Positions 27,710 to 39,827 are shown, numbered from the stretch's first letter. The stretch is DNA of 64,000 nucleotides from an uncultured Trueperaceae bacterium (GCA_963799485.1 CAWCXJ010000009.1:32001-96000), one strand, 5' to 3'. Translations and numbers: made by a program. Notes: generated by a model not told the origin, from the letters alone.

Positions 27710-29383
27710 GTGACTCACTCTACTCGTTGGCGTCTTTTACTCAGTTTGCTCGCAAGTATCACCGTACAGACCGCGCTGGCCCAACGTTGTACCGATTTCG
27801 TCGCCGTCGATGGGGCGCTTTTGGGGGGAGGCGACGCGGCAGCGTGCTATTTCGGACCTGTCGAGGGTGCCGCAAACGCCTACGTTCGTACCGACCTGGT
27901 GACGGCGGCGCTCGGGCTCGAGTCCGCCTACTTGCCGGAGACCGGTCAACTCCAGTTTGAGAAGGGTGGCGAACGTGTCGCGCTACTCGCCACCGAAGAT
28001 GTAGCGGCGGCGCTGTCTAAGCGGCCGGACGCGCTCGTCGTCGGGGGCGAGGCCGAAGCGGGGCGCAGCGCCATTCTAGCCGGAAGCAGCTACTTGCCGC
28101 TGACCGAAATTGTCGAGGCGTTCGGCGGGACGGTTTCGTGGAACGACGCGGCGCGCCTCGCCCTCGTGGATTTTAGTACGCCTGTTCCTTTAGCAGCGGC
28201 GCCTGCAGTCGTGCGCGACCCGGCACCGCCGACCGGCGCGCCTTACCCGGACATGCCCGAGCTGGACGCGCCCCGTTACGCGGCTTACCCCGAGGAGGGG
28301 TACACCCGCGTCGCCGTCGATGTTCCGGCAGGCGTGAGCTATCAGCTCGCGGTCGACGGCGACAACTTTATCGTTCTCTTTGACGGTGCTCGCGCCGCGC
28401 CCTTTGAGGTCACACCGAACGGGGCGCAGCTCGTCAGCCTCGGCTACCGCACTATCGGTGAAGGTGGGGCCGGTAACGGCGGCGTGCTGGCGCTGATTGC
28501 CGGAACCGGCTACCCACTTACTGCTGCGGGCCAAGGGTTTCAAGTTGGCGCTCTGGACGGCGACGGAAGTCAAACACTTTATATCGACTTCGCGCCGGGG
28601 CTTAAAGGCGAAAAGGTCGCAGAACTCGCCGACCTCGCAGCGCGTAACCTCGCGGCGGTTCAGCGCCCACAGAGTGTTCAAAAAACGGTCGTGATCGACC
28701 CCGGACACGGCGGTAAAGACCCCGGCACGCTGAGTGGTTATGTTGTCGAAAAAGACCTGGTGTTGGGGGTCGGGCTGCTGCTTAAAAGCAAGCTCGAGGC
28801 GCGCGGCATCGGGGTCGAGATGACCCGTGACGACGATACTTTCGTACCGCTCGAGGACCGCGCCGCCTTTCCGGTTCCGTCCGAGTACAACCTGTTCGTG
28901 TCGCTGCACACCAACGCGACCGGTCGCGGCGACGCCGAAGGCATCGAAACCTGGGTGTTCGGGGAACCGCAAGACGACTCGCTTATCGACCTCGCCGTAC
29001 AAGAGAACGGTGGGGGTGAGGTCGGGCTCGCGCGCACCGCACGCGCGCAGGAGGCGGCGGCGAGTATCGACGGCGACCTCTTGCGGGAGGAGAATCTACG
29101 CTACAGCACGGGGCTCGCCGACAGTGTACAAGAAAACCTCATAGGCGTAACCGGAGGTTACAACCGGGGGATCAAGAAAAACTATTTCGTGGTGATCCGT
29201 GACGCCCGGGTGCCGGCGGTACTCGTCGAACTCGGTTTCGTCGACAACCCCGAAGAAGGCCCCAAGCTGGCCGAAGAGAGTTATCAGGAAATGCTCGCCG
29301 AGGCGCTCGCCAAAGGCATCGAGGCGTTTTTAGCGCAGGGCGGCGCGGTGGCGTCGCTCGAGTTATCAGGTGACCAGCCGTAA
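27710..29383 (+). CDS. N-acetylmuramoyl-L-alanine amidase (Amidase_3) with N-terminal accessory domains
   Basis: VVIDPGHGGKDPG, EKDLVL, FVSLHTNA, VPAVLVELGFVDN; signal peptide from about 27710. Confidence 0.9.
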   Translation: MTHSTRWRLLLSLLASITVQTALAQRCTDFVAVDGALLGGGDAAACYFGPVEGAANAYVRTDLVTAALGLESAYLPETGQLQFEKGGERVALLATEDVAAALSKRPDALVVGGEAEAGRSAILAGSSYLPLTEIVEAFGGTVSWNDAARLALVDFSTPVPLAAAPAVVRDPAPPTGAPYPDMPELDAPRYAAYPEEGYTRVAVDVPAGVSYQLAVDGDNFIVLFDGARAAPFEVTPNGAQLVSLGYRTIGEGGAGNGGVLALIAGTGYPLTAAGQGFQVGALDGDGSQTLYIDFAPGLKGEKVAELADLAARNLAAVQRPQSVQKTVVIDPGHGGKDPGTLSGYVVEKDLVLGVGLLLKSKLEARGIGVEMTRDDDTFVPLEDRAAFPVPSEYNLFVSLHTNATGRGDAEGIETWVFGEPQDDSLIDLAVQENGGGEVGLARTARAQEAAASIDGDLLREENLRYSTGLADSVQENLIGVTGGYNRGIKKNYFVVIRDARVPAVLVELGFVDNPEEGPKLAEESYQEMLAEALAKGIEAFLAQGGAVASLELSGDQP

Positions 29384-29659
29384 ACCGGATTTTGTCGTAA
29401 ACGGATTTTATTGAAGCAGGCAGCGCTGAAAACGCCGCGTCTGCGACGCCCAAGGTATCAAGTAAAGTCGCAGGTTGATACGAGCCGGTTTTGGTGGTGG
29501 AAAACGCACTTTTCCGGATGTACTTTTTTGGATGTACTTTGCCGAGCGTCGGGCTTGCGTCCTGCTTGACCGGAGCCGGGCGAAACTTACGACAAACTAC
29601 AAAGATGTGCGCGGTGGGTTGGTCAGGGTGATAGCATAGCAAGATGAGGGGTCGGCACC

Positions 29660-30124
29660 GTGCCAGGTAACGCACAAGCTGCAGGTAATGCACACGCTCA
29701 TAGGCGAGCCGCTGAAGTCGAGGGGGCCGGCGGCGTCGTGTTTCGCGCCGACGGGCTGGTCTTGCTGCTTCGGCATCTCGAGGGTACCTGGGTCTTCCCC
29801 AAAGGTCATATCGACCCCGGCGAGGACGCGCTCGCAGCAGCTATCCGTGAGGTCGAGGAGGAGGCGGGTGTGCGGGCGACGTGTCCCGACCCGGCGTTCT
29901 CGGCCACGACCCGTTACGAAAACGCCCGGGGCACGGCCCGCATCATCACCTGGTTTTTGCTCCTAAGTGACGCAGAAGAGCCGGTGCTACGCGAGCTTCT
30001 CTTTCCCGAAGGCGGCTTTTTTGCCCCGCCGGAGGTGCGGACTCGCCTCAGTTTTTCCGAAGACAGGCGGCTTCTGGATGTGATGCTGGGGCATCTGAAC
30101 GCGCTCAAGCGGGCCGGGCTGTGA
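29660..30124 (+). CDS. NUDIX hydrolase
   Basis: Nudix box FPKGHIDPGEDALAAAIREVEEEAG. Confidence 0.9.
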   Translation: MPGNAQAAGNAHAHRRAAEVEGAGGVVFRADGLVLLLRHLEGTWVFPKGHIDPGEDALAAAIREVEEEAGVRATCPDPAFSATTRYENARGTARIITWFLLLSDAEEPVLRELLFPEGGFFAPPEVRTRLSFSEDRRLLDVMLGHLNALKRAGL

Positions 30125-31227
30125 CCTCAGCGCTGCCGGCCCGTGGTGCGCTGGGAAGTTTGAGCGTGCAAGCATTTTTAGCGCTGTTGGCTTCTCAAAA
30201 AACGTCGGGTACGCTCTACTTGAGTCACGCGAAAACAGGTGTGCTCATGACGCTTCACGAGGGTCAACCGCATGCGTGGACAGACTTTGGGATCGCCGAC
30301 GGTGCGGCTTTCGACCTTAGCGAGACCGGCGTGCAGTTTAGTTTGTGGCCCGCGGCGCGCTCTCTCCAACCGACTTTGCCTAGCCGTTACCCCCACCTCG
30401 CGGGGCCGCTGTGGGCGCTGCCTGCACTTGCTGAACACGCGCTCCTGAGTACGGCCGAAACCGAGCTTCGGGGACTCGTCGCCCGGCTTGCTGCGGACGC
30501 GTTTAACGGCGCGCTGGTGCTCGCGGCTCCTGAAAGCCGTCACCCTGACGCGCCCGGCTATGGCCTGCTCCTCTTTCAAGCGGGACGGCTCGGCGGCGCA
30601 GTGTACACGGCGGGGACGAAGGTCCTGGGGGGAAGCGCGGCCCTCCATGTGCTCGCTCAGCTGGAGGCGGCGCTCACGCTTCACGCGCTGCCCGAACCCG
30701 TGGTCGCCGGTTTTTTAGGCTGGCTTTTGGGGTTGCAGCTTAGCAGTACCCCGGACGGGCGCGGCGTTCCGGGGGGGTTTAGCGGCCTCGAGCTGACCTC
30801 TGAGGGGGCGCGCTACTACCGCGCCGGCAACGCCTACTTGCAACTGCCGTACCCCGCTGGAGTATCTGCCGACCCCATGGCGCTCGGTTTGTTTGCTGCT
30901 TGTCAACGTGCGCCGAGCCTTGCGTTGCCGGACGAATCTCACGGCTGGGAAGTGCGGCGTTACGGGCTGACCCTGCGCGGGCGCGACGCGCTCAACTTGC
31001 TGACCGAACTCTCCATGCGTTTTCGCAGCGATTTCGGTCCCACCGGGAGGCGCGTCCTCGAGGTTTTTCGCCGTGAACGCAGCGTAAAAGCGGCAGCTGA
31101 AACGCTGGGCCTCGAGCCGGGCGCGCTAAAAGATATGGTCGAGCGGCTCGCGCAAGAGGGGTTTATCCGCATCATCGGGGAGCCCGTGCGCGGCGCGTCA
31201 CCGACACTTCACCTCCAGCCGCGTTAG
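30121..31227 (+). CDS. Hypothetical protein (PATAN/DUF4388-like repeats plus C-terminal HTH)
   Basis: GALGSLSVQAFLALLASQKTSGTLYL N-terminus; winged-helix-like C-terminus; GTGA overlap. Confidence 0.55.
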   Translation: MTSALPARGALGSLSVQAFLALLASQKTSGTLYLSHAKTGVLMTLHEGQPHAWTDFGIADGAAFDLSETGVQFSLWPAARSLQPTLPSRYPHLAGPLWALPALAEHALLSTAETELRGLVARLAADAFNGALVLAAPESRHPDAPGYGLLLFQAGRLGGAVYTAGTKVLGGSAALHVLAQLEAALTLHALPEPVVAGFLGWLLGLQLSSTPDGRGVPGGFSGLELTSEGARYYRAGNAYLQLPYPAGVSADPMALGLFAACQRAPSLALPDESHGWEVRRYGLTLRGRDALNLLTELSMRFRSDFGPTGRRVLEVFRRERSVKAAAETLGLEPGALKDMVERLAQEGFIRIIGEPVRGASPTLHLQPR

Positions 31228-31300
31228 GCTGCTCTAAGAGGACGTTATGCCCGAGACCAGCTTGTCAGTGAAAGTTTGAGATGCCTAGAGGTTTAAGCTC

Positions 31301-32989
31301 ATGATGCCTAGTACACCTGCCCCCGACGACTTCGACCGGAGTAGCGAGGTCTCGCTCCGTGACCTCTATCTCGTGTTGCTACGGGGTCTGCCCTTTATTT
31401 TGCTTTTGGCGCTCCTGGCAGGGGGCGTCGCGTACTTTCTCAACGCACAGCGCAAACCTGTTTTTGCCGCCGAAAGCACCGTCCTCGTAACCCCGCCGCC
31501 GATTCAGATTCAAGGCGACGAAAACATCTCGTTTAGCCCCATCAACGAAGTTTCGTTTCAGACGTACGAAACCCTGGCGCGGAGCCAGACGGTTTTACGG
31601 GACGCGGTCTCGCGCGTTGAAGATGTGCAGATTTCCCCCGCCCAACTTTCGGCCTTGGGTACGCTGCGTCAGCTTTTCGGCCCGCTCCGCGTCGGTGACG
31701 TTGCGCCCCTGTCGGTTATCCACCGTGTCCGCAATGCCGACCCTGAACGGGCCGCGCTCCTTGCCGACGCGTGGGCGCAGAGCACGCTTAAAGCGGTACG
31801 CGAGTCGCTCTTCTCGAGCCTCCGCCCGGTCGACGAGACGACCACGCGGGAGGTCGCGCGGCTGCAAAACGACGTCGAAGCGGTCGAGGCGCAGGTGCAG
31901 CGGTTTGCCGCGCAAGACAACGGTCCACTTTTGGAGGCCGAACTCGAGGGTTTGACCCGCCAGATTACCGACGGGCGCGAACGGCAGGGCGAGTTGACGC
32001 GCGAAATTGCCGCAACCCAAGCGCGTATTCGCGCCCTGGAGCAGCAGATAGGTTCGGCAGGCGCAGCAAACGCTCCGGGCGCAGCAGGGAATAGTGCAAC
32101 AGGGGACAGTGCGGTGCTGAGCCCGGCTTTTCTGGCTGTGCTGGGCGCGCAGGGCGCGGTCGAGGGCGCGGACGGGCTGCGCGCGCGGCCCCGGTTTATC
32201 CCCAGCGCGCAGCTCAGCCGCACCTTCGAGGCGGCGCTTGCCGAATCGGACATCCTTTCAAACCTTTTGAGGGGTAACGAAGAAGAGTTCGTCAACCTCG
32301 TCCGGGCGCTCTATACGGAGGCCGTCCGGACGCTCGCGGGCGCGCTCGCCGAAGAGCAGCGGGTGACGCAGCGCGCTACCCAAACCCAGGCGCAGGAGGC
32401 GCTCGAGCTGGCCCTGCTCGGTTACGCCAGCGCCCAGACACAAACCCAGCAGTCCCGGACGCCGCCTCAAACACAGCAGTCTCAGACCCAACCGGCTACA
32501 CCTGCGCCGCAAAGCCAGGGAACTGCCGGAACAAGCGAGAACACCGACGCGTTGTCCCTGCTGAGCCGCGCCGAACTCCGCCGCGCGCGGGTCGCGCTTG
32601 CGGGGATGCGCGCCGAACGCGCCGACCTCGAGGGTGAACTCGCGAGCTATACCGAGAGCGCCGCCGCCATTCAAAAACAGCTCGCAACGCTCGACCAGCG
32701 CCGCGACCGGCTAGACCGCGAACTCGAGAACGTCCTGGCGTCTTACAACACCGTTGCCGGACTGCAGTCGAGTATCTCGTACCTGACCGAACTCGCGCCG
32801 ACGAACGCGCGTATCTTGAGTCAGGCGTCGGTGCCGACCTCACCCGTCGGCCCGCGCCGCGCCTTTAACACCACCCTGGTGGCTGTCATGGGCGCACTCG
32901 TCGGTCTCGTCTTGGTCTTCTTACGTGCGGCGATCCGCCGTCCTCCCACACTGCCGTCTGTTACACCCACCCGAAAGGTAGATGCATGA
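31301..32989 (+). CDS. Polysaccharide co-polymerase / chain-length determinant (Wzz/GumC-like, no kinase domain)
   Basis: EVSLRDLYLVL, TM1, coiled coil, Pro-rich PTSPVGPRR and TM2. Confidence 0.8.
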   Translation: MMPSTPAPDDFDRSSEVSLRDLYLVLLRGLPFILLLALLAGGVAYFLNAQRKPVFAAESTVLVTPPPIQIQGDENISFSPINEVSFQTYETLARSQTVLRDAVSRVEDVQISPAQLSALGTLRQLFGPLRVGDVAPLSVIHRVRNADPERAALLADAWAQSTLKAVRESLFSSLRPVDETTTREVARLQNDVEAVEAQVQRFAAQDNGPLLEAELEGLTRQITDGRERQGELTREIAATQARIRALEQQIGSAGAANAPGAAGNSATGDSAVLSPAFLAVLGAQGAVEGADGLRARPRFIPSAQLSRTFEAALAESDILSNLLRGNEEEFVNLVRALYTEAVRTLAGALAEEQRVTQRATQTQAQEALELALLGYASAQTQTQQSRTPPQTQQSQTQPATPAPQSQGTAGTSENTDALSLLSRAELRRARVALAGMRAERADLEGELASYTESAAAIQKQLATLDQRRDRLDRELENVLASYNTVAGLQSSISYLTELAPTNARILSQASVPTSPVGPRRAFNTTLVAVMGALVGLVLVFLRAAIRRPPTLPSVTPTRKVDA

Positions 32990-34341
32990 ATGTTACGATT
33001 ATTGGAACCGGTTACGTCGGCCTGACGACCGGCGTCGCCCTCGCTTATGTCGGTCATCAGGTGACCTGCGTCGATAAAAACCCGCGTATCGTCGAAACGC
33101 TCGCCCAGGGTCACGCCACGATTCACGAACCCGGTTTAGAAGAGCTTTTGGGCCGCGCCAAAACGCACCTCAAATTTCAGACCGATATCCCTGCACTTTC
33201 CGGCAATGGCGTTGTCTTTATCGCCGTCGGTACGCCGACCAAGGCCAACGGCGACGCCGATTTGCAGTACGTCGACGCCGCCGCCAAAGAGGTCGCCGAG
33301 CAGATTCAGGCCGGGGCCAAGCTCGTCGTCGTCAATAAGTCAACAGTGCCTATTGGCAGCGCCAAACACGTTTCAGGCATCGTTCACCGGGCGCTCTCTG
33401 CCAGAGAGGTAGACGCGGACGTATGGGTCGCCTCGAATCCCGAGTTTCTAGCCGAAGGCAAGGCGGTACACGACACGCTCTATCCCGACCGCGTGGTTAT
33501 CGGCGCGGACGACCCGACCGCCGTCGGCTTGTTGCGTAACCTTTACGCACCCTTTTTAGAACAGACCTTCCCCGACCCCGTAGAGACGCCGCGCCCGGAA
33601 CGCTACACCTTGCCTGCCCTAATCACCACGACCCCGACGAGCGCCGAGTTGACCAAATACGCCGCCAACTCATTTCTGGCGACGAAAATCAGCTTTATCA
33701 ACGAGTTTTCCCGGCTTGCCGAACACGTCGGCGCGGACATCACCGAAGTGGCGCGGGCCATCGGGCTCGACAGCCGTATCGGGGGCAAGTTTTTACAAGC
33801 CGGCATCGGTTGGGGCGGTTCGTGTTTCGGGAAAGATACCCGCGCGATTCTAGCCGCTGCCAAAAGTTACGACTACCAGATGCCGATTGTCGAATCGGCG
33901 ATTCAAGTCAATCAGCGGCAACGCCTCCACGTCATCGACAAGTTGCAACGCCACCTCAAGGTTCTGCGCGGTACCACGGTAGGTTTACTCGGACTCGCCT
34001 TTAAGGGCAATACCGACGACCTGCGCGACGCGCCTGCCCTGACCTTGATCGAGCACCTGCACGAACGCGGCGCGGTGATCCGGGTTCACGACCCGGTAGC
34101 GGTAGAAAACGCCCAGCGTCTCTACCCCGACCTGCCGGTCGAATACTGCAAAGATGCCAAAGCGCTGGCGACCGGGGCCGACGCGCTGATTATCGTGACC
34201 GACTGGCCTGAATATACGCGTTTACCCCTTGCGGATATCCAAGCAGTGATGCGCGGCGACCTGATTCTAGACGCGCGCAATCTGCTCGAGCCCGAGACGG
34301 TCAGTGAAGCCGGTCTGACCTACGTCGGTGTGGGTCGCTGA
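32986..34341 (+). CDS. ugd: UDP-glucose 6-dehydrogenase
   Basis: IGTGYVG, FIAVGTP, NKSTVP, SNPEFL, GGSCFGKD. Confidence 0.93.
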   Translation: MNVTIIGTGYVGLTTGVALAYVGHQVTCVDKNPRIVETLAQGHATIHEPGLEELLGRAKTHLKFQTDIPALSGNGVVFIAVGTPTKANGDADLQYVDAAAKEVAEQIQAGAKLVVVNKSTVPIGSAKHVSGIVHRALSAREVDADVWVASNPEFLAEGKAVHDTLYPDRVVIGADDPTAVGLLRNLYAPFLEQTFPDPVETPRPERYTLPALITTTPTSAELTKYAANSFLATKISFINEFSRLAEHVGADITEVARAIGLDSRIGGKFLQAGIGWGGSCFGKDTRAILAAAKSYDYQMPIVESAIQVNQRQRLHVIDKLQRHLKVLRGTTVGLLGLAFKGNTDDLRDAPALTLIEHLHERGAVIRVHDPVAVENAQRLYPDLPVEYCKDAKALATGADALIIVTDWPEYTRLPLADIQAVMRGDLILDARNLLEPETVSEAGLTYVGVGR

Positions 34342-34375
34342 ACCTGTGTGTTTAAGATAGCGGGTTGCTAAACGG

Positions 34376-35278
34376 GTGGACGCGCCGGTTGTTTTTATCG
34401 TTATCTTGAACTGGAACGGCCTGCGTGACACGCACGCTTGCCTGGGTTCGCTAGCCGGACTTGATTATCCGAATTATGAAGTCGTCGTTGTCGATAACGC
34501 TTCTACCGACGGGTCTGAAAGGGAGCTAAAAAAGCGTTATCCGAAGCTGACGCTTTTGCAAAGCGGGGCCAACTTGGGTTTTGCTGGGGGTAACAACGTC
34601 GGACTCCGCCACGCTTTGGCGCACGGGGCCGAATACGTCTGGCTGCTCAACAACGACACGCTGGTCGAACCCGACGCTTTAACCGAGCTTGTAAAGAAGA
34701 TGCGGCGCGAGCCTGATTTGGGGTTATGCGGTTCGACCCTTCTTTATGAAAGCCAACGGGGCACTGTGCAGGCGCTCGGCGGGGCGCGTTACAACCGCTG
34801 GCTCGGCACCGTGCAGCACGTTGGGCAGCATGAAAGCTGGCCGCAGAAGGTCGACGAAAGGGAGGTCGAAGGGCAGCTCGACTACCTGATCGGCGCGTCG
34901 ATGCTCGCCTCGAGACCGTTTCTCGAGCAGGTCGGTCTACTTCAAGAAGATTATTTTCTCTACTTTGAAGAACTCGACTGGGCGGCGCGGGCGCGTGGAG
35001 CGTTTCGGCTCGGCTACGCCGCAAAAAGTATCGTGTATCACAAGGAGGGCTCGAGTATCGGCGGCAGTAACCGGGCCAAAGCGGGCAAAAGTTACACTGC
35101 CGACCTCTACGCCCTTAAAAACCGGGTGCGTTTTACCCGCCGCTTTTACCCTTACGCGCTCCCTACCGTATACTTGGGGCTACTCGCTGCGCTCGCCAAC
35201 CGGGTGCGGCGGCGGCAGTGGCGACGCGTCGCGCTCGTCGTTCGGGTGATGCTGCGCGGCGGCAACGTCGGCATATAA
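34376..35278 (+). CDS. Glycosyltransferase family 2 (rhamnosyltransferase-like)
   Basis: VILNWNG, VVDNASTD, NLGFAGGNN, LLNND, YFLYFEELDW. Confidence 0.9.
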   Translation: MDAPVVFIVILNWNGLRDTHACLGSLAGLDYPNYEVVVVDNASTDGSERELKKRYPKLTLLQSGANLGFAGGNNVGLRHALAHGAEYVWLLNNDTLVEPDALTELVKKMRREPDLGLCGSTLLYESQRGTVQALGGARYNRWLGTVQHVGQHESWPQKVDEREVEGQLDYLIGASMLASRPFLEQVGLLQEDYFLYFEELDWAARARGAFRLGYAAKSIVYHKEGSSIGGSNRAKAGKSYTADLYALKNRVRFTRRFYPYALPTVYLGLLAALANRVRRRQWRRVALVVRVMLRGGNVGI

Positions 35279-35307
35279 GTAGGCATATCAAGTGTTAGGA
35301 GCACAGG

Positions 35308-36648
35308 GTGGCGAAGGTTTACCCGTTTCGCGTGGTTCGTTGGAGTAGTCTGCCCGGACAATTTTTAAGCTTGTTACGGACGCCGCCGCTGCTTGCCGTG
35401 ACGGTTTACGCGTCGGCGCTACTCTACTCGTTCCCGTGGCTCCGCATCCCTGAAGTTGCCGGCGTCGCGTTGCCGTTTCAGCGGGTTTTGGGTTGGGCCG
35501 GGTTTGGTCTGGTACTTTTGGCGCTCTGCCTGCGGGGGCGCTTTCGGGCAAACGCGGCGGTACGCTTTTACCTTGCGGTGGTGCTGCTCTTTTTTGCCGT
35601 TTTAGGTATTACGACCGCCACCAACGTCGTAAACGCCGACGTTTTCGCCTGGCTCCGCTACGTCAGTGAGTTGTCCAAATACGTCGCCGTTTTTGCGGTG
35701 GCGTTTACCGTTTACTACGCGCTCGCCGAAGGACTCGTGAAGCTCAAGTGGCTCGAGCTGCTGCTGGTCGTCAGCGCCGCCGCTTCTATCGTTATCGCCT
35801 ATATCTTTCTCTTTCTCTACTGGAGCGGGTTTCGCAGCACCAACGAGGTTTTGGCGCATTCGTTCGGCGGTTCTCTGGGTGTTTGGCCGACGGGTTCGTT
35901 TTTACCCCGGCTTGCCGGGACGACCGCCGAACCGCAGCAGTTTTCGGTTGCTTTTTTGACCGGCCTGATGCTGATGTTGAGCCGCCGCTATGTGCGTTTT
36001 TGCTGGCCTTTTGCGCTTTTGGGTGTGCTCGCGCTGGTACTCTCACAATCCAAATTTGCGCTGATCTCACTTTTCGCGGTCGCCTTTTACGTCGACAGCA
36101 TCTACAAACAGCACCGGCTTATCTTCGGCGCGCTGCTCGTTCTGATGATTCCGCCCGGCGCAGCCTTTATCAGCACCTTGCCGGTTTTTCGCAATACCTT
36201 GAACCGGGGCTTAGAGTCCCAGGCTTTTACCGACCGCCTGGACAACTTAAGCATCATGCTCAGCATTATCAGAGACGAACCGCTCGACGGGATCGGCGTC
36301 GGACAGTACGGCACTTACCGGGGTATACTCGTTTTTAACAATCCTTACGAAAACCCCAACTACACTGCCGGAAACGATATCGTGTCGGTTTTTGCCGAAA
36401 CGGGCGTATTCGGTTTTCTACTTGTCGCGCTGCTTTTTGGCGTATTATTTAGCAAGTTTATCGGGGTGCTGCCGCGCTTAAACAAACTCGAGCGTGAACA
36501 CTATCTGCCCTTTTTGATCGGAGCGCTGACGATTTTCCTCAATATGTTTATCGGTTACGAGTTTTTGCACGCCTTCTTTTGGGTAAACCTGGGCGTGCTT
36601 TTATACCTTTACCGCGTCTGGGGTTTTCGTACCCCAAAAGCCACGTGA
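35308..36648 (+). CDS. O-antigen polymerase/ligase (Wzy_C family) membrane protein
   Basis: About 11-12 TM; RLAGTTAEP, LSQSK, PLDGIGVGQY, AETGVFG. Confidence 0.75.
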   Translation: MAKVYPFRVVRWSSLPGQFLSLLRTPPLLAVTVYASALLYSFPWLRIPEVAGVALPFQRVLGWAGFGLVLLALCLRGRFRANAAVRFYLAVVLLFFAVLGITTATNVVNADVFAWLRYVSELSKYVAVFAVAFTVYYALAEGLVKLKWLELLLVVSAAASIVIAYIFLFLYWSGFRSTNEVLAHSFGGSLGVWPTGSFLPRLAGTTAEPQQFSVAFLTGLMLMLSRRYVRFCWPFALLGVLALVLSQSKFALISLFAVAFYVDSIYKQHRLIFGALLVLMIPPGAAFISTLPVFRNTLNRGLESQAFTDRLDNLSIMLSIIRDEPLDGIGVGQYGTYRGILVFNNPYENPNYTAGNDIVSVFAETGVFGFLLVALLFGVLFSKFIGVLPRLNKLEREHYLPFLIGALTIFLNMFIGYEFLHAFFWVNLGVLLYLYRVWGFRTPKAT

Positions 36649-37739
36649 CACAAGCCGTAAAGCCTAAACCGCTCGTCGTCAACGCCCGGTTTTTAACGCA
36701 AAACATCGTCGGGGTACAGCGTTACGCTGTAGAAGTCTCCAAACGCCTCAAGGTTTTGCGTCCGGACACGCGGTTCTTGACGCCCAGGGGTGTTGTGCAC
36801 GAAGACCTTGCCGAAAGGTTGGGGGCCGAAATTTGCGGACGGCTGACGGGTCACGCGTGGGAACAGCTCGAGCTTTCCGTCCTTGCCCGTGGCGCGGCGC
36901 TCCTGAGCCTTAGCAATACCGGGCCGATCTTTCACCCCCGGCAGGTGGTCACGCTGCACGACGCCGCGCCGTTTGCGGTACCTGAAGCGTACTCGCGGGC
37001 GTTTAGAAGCTGGTACGGGATTTTGTTCAGAGGTCTGGGACGGAGTGCGCGGGGTATCCTGACGGATTCGGAGTTTTCACGGCGCGAGCTGGTGCGTTAC
37101 GCAGCCATCCCCAAAGACAAGCTGAACGTCGTTTATCTGGGTAAAGAGCACGTCCTGGAGATGCAGAGCGAACCCGGCATCTTGGAACAGCATGGTCTAC
37201 ACGAACGACCCTTTTTGCTGGCCGTCGGCAGCAGCAGCCCGCACAAAAACTTCTCGAGGTTGGTGCGCGCGCTCGAGACGCTGGGCGAGACCCCCTTTAG
37301 CGTCGTGATTGCAGGCGGTAGCAACCCGAAAGTTCACGCGGCGACCGGTGACCTGCCGGCGAGCGTCAAACACGTCGGTTACGTTTCGGACGGCGAACTT
37401 CGCGCCCTGTACGAACACGCGGCGGGCTTTATCCATCCGGCCTATTACGAGGGCTTCGGGATTCCGCCCCTTGAGGCGATGACGCTTTATTGCCCGGTAC
37501 TCTGCTCGCACGCCGCGTCACTCCCGGAAGTCTGCGGCGACGCCGCGCTCTACTTCGACCCTTTTGATGAAGCCGATATCTCTGCTAAGATTCAAAGGTT
37601 GATGCAGGACAAACCCCTGCAAACCCGGTTGTGCGCTCTGGGGACTGCACAAGCCGAACGCTTCAGCTGGGACGCTACGACGGCTGCGGTGCTCGAGTTT
37701 ACCGAGCGCACACTAGGTCTCGACAAACCGGTCCGCTAG
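36645..37739 (+). CDS. Glycosyltransferase family 4 (GT-B)
   Basis: GVQRYA, TLHDAA, PHKNFSRL, YEGFGIPPLEAM; GTGA overlap. Confidence 0.9.
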   Translation: MTQAVKPKPLVVNARFLTQNIVGVQRYAVEVSKRLKVLRPDTRFLTPRGVVHEDLAERLGAEICGRLTGHAWEQLELSVLARGAALLSLSNTGPIFHPRQVVTLHDAAPFAVPEAYSRAFRSWYGILFRGLGRSARGILTDSEFSRRELVRYAAIPKDKLNVVYLGKEHVLEMQSEPGILEQHGLHERPFLLAVGSSSPHKNFSRLVRALETLGETPFSVVIAGGSNPKVHAATGDLPASVKHVGYVSDGELRALYEHAAGFIHPAYYEGFGIPPLEAMTLYCPVLCSHAASLPEVCGDAALYFDPFDEADISAKIQRLMQDKPLQTRLCALGTAQAERFSWDATTAAVLEFTERTLGLDKPVR

Positions 37740-38795
<1,056 letters not shown>

Positions 38796-38867
38796 ACGTC
38801 CCCGAATATTTAGGGTAGTCGTGTCGTAGCTGTGTTGTAAGTGCGGAGTAAATGCGGAGTAAATACT

Positions 38868-39827
38868 GTGACAAGTACTGCAAGTGCTGTGAAAGGTACC
38901 GAAATAGCTGCCGAGGCTCGAGGTGGCGTGCTGATTACCGGGGGGAGCGGCTTCGTCGGCGGCTATCTGCGGGCGCACCTCGAGAACCTCGGCGAGCATG
39001 TCTGGAGCGGGGTCTTGGGTGGCGCTGCCGAAGACGACCGGCGCGTCAAGCTCGATGTGCGCGACGACGCGGCGGTGCGCGCGGTCTTTCGGGCGCTTCA
39101 GCCCCGTGAGGTCTACCACCTGGCGGGCGTAACGCACCCCGCGCTGGGCCAGCTCTCGGACTTTTACGAGGTCAATGTGCGGGGAACGCTCAACATCATG
39201 GAAGCTGCGGCGGAGGTCGGGGCGGCGGTGCTCGTGGTCAGCAGCGCCTACGTTTACGGCGCGCAGCCCGGGCTGCTGGACGAAACCGCGCCGCTAAAAC
39301 CCGTAAACCATTACGGCTCCTCGAAAGCTGCCGCCGAGTTCGCCACGTTGCCCTATGCGCTTGCCGGGGCGCAGGTCATGCGTGTTCGCCCCTTCAACCA
39401 CGTGGGGCCGGGGCAAGCGCCCGACTTTTTGCTGCCGACTCTGGTGCAACAGCTTGCCCGTATCGAAGCGGGTCAGTCCGAGCCCACCTTGAAACTCGGT
39501 AACCTGAGTTCGGTGCGCGACTTTACCGATGTCCGCGACGTCGTGCGGGCGTACCCCAAACTTTTGCGAAAAGGGGAGAGCGGCGAAGTTTACAACCTGG
39601 CTTCGGGACGCGGCGTCAGCGTGCAAGAACTGGTAGACAAGGTGTTGGCGCGCGCACGGCGCGAAGTCAAGCTGATGAGCGAACCGGCGCGTGTGCGCGC
39701 TACCGATATCCCCGAACTCGTCGGCGACGCGGGCAAGGCGCGCGCAGCGGTCGACTGGACGCCCGACATCCCGCTCGACAGAACGCTCGAGGAGATGTTG
39801 GCGTTTGAACGAGCGAAGTATGCTTGA
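38868..39827 (+). CDS. rmd: GDP-4-keto-6-deoxy-D-mannose reductase (GDP-D-rhamnose synthesis)
   Basis: TGGSGFVG, HYGSSK, RPFNHVGPGQ, LGNLSSVRDFTDVRD; follows gmd. Confidence 0.75.
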   Translation: MTSTASAVKGTEIAAEARGGVLITGGSGFVGGYLRAHLENLGEHVWSGVLGGAAEDDRRVKLDVRDDAAVRAVFRALQPREVYHLAGVTHPALGQLSDFYEVNVRGTLNIMEAAAEVGAAVLVVSSAYVYGAQPGLLDETAPLKPVNHYGSSKAAAEFATLPYALAGAQVMRVRPFNHVGPGQAPDFLLPTLVQQLARIEAGQSEPTLKLGNLSSVRDFTDVRDVVRAYPKLLRKGESGEVYNLASGRGVSVQELVDKVLARARREVKLMSEPARVRATDIPELVGDAGKARAAVDWTPDIPLDRTLEEMLAFERAKYA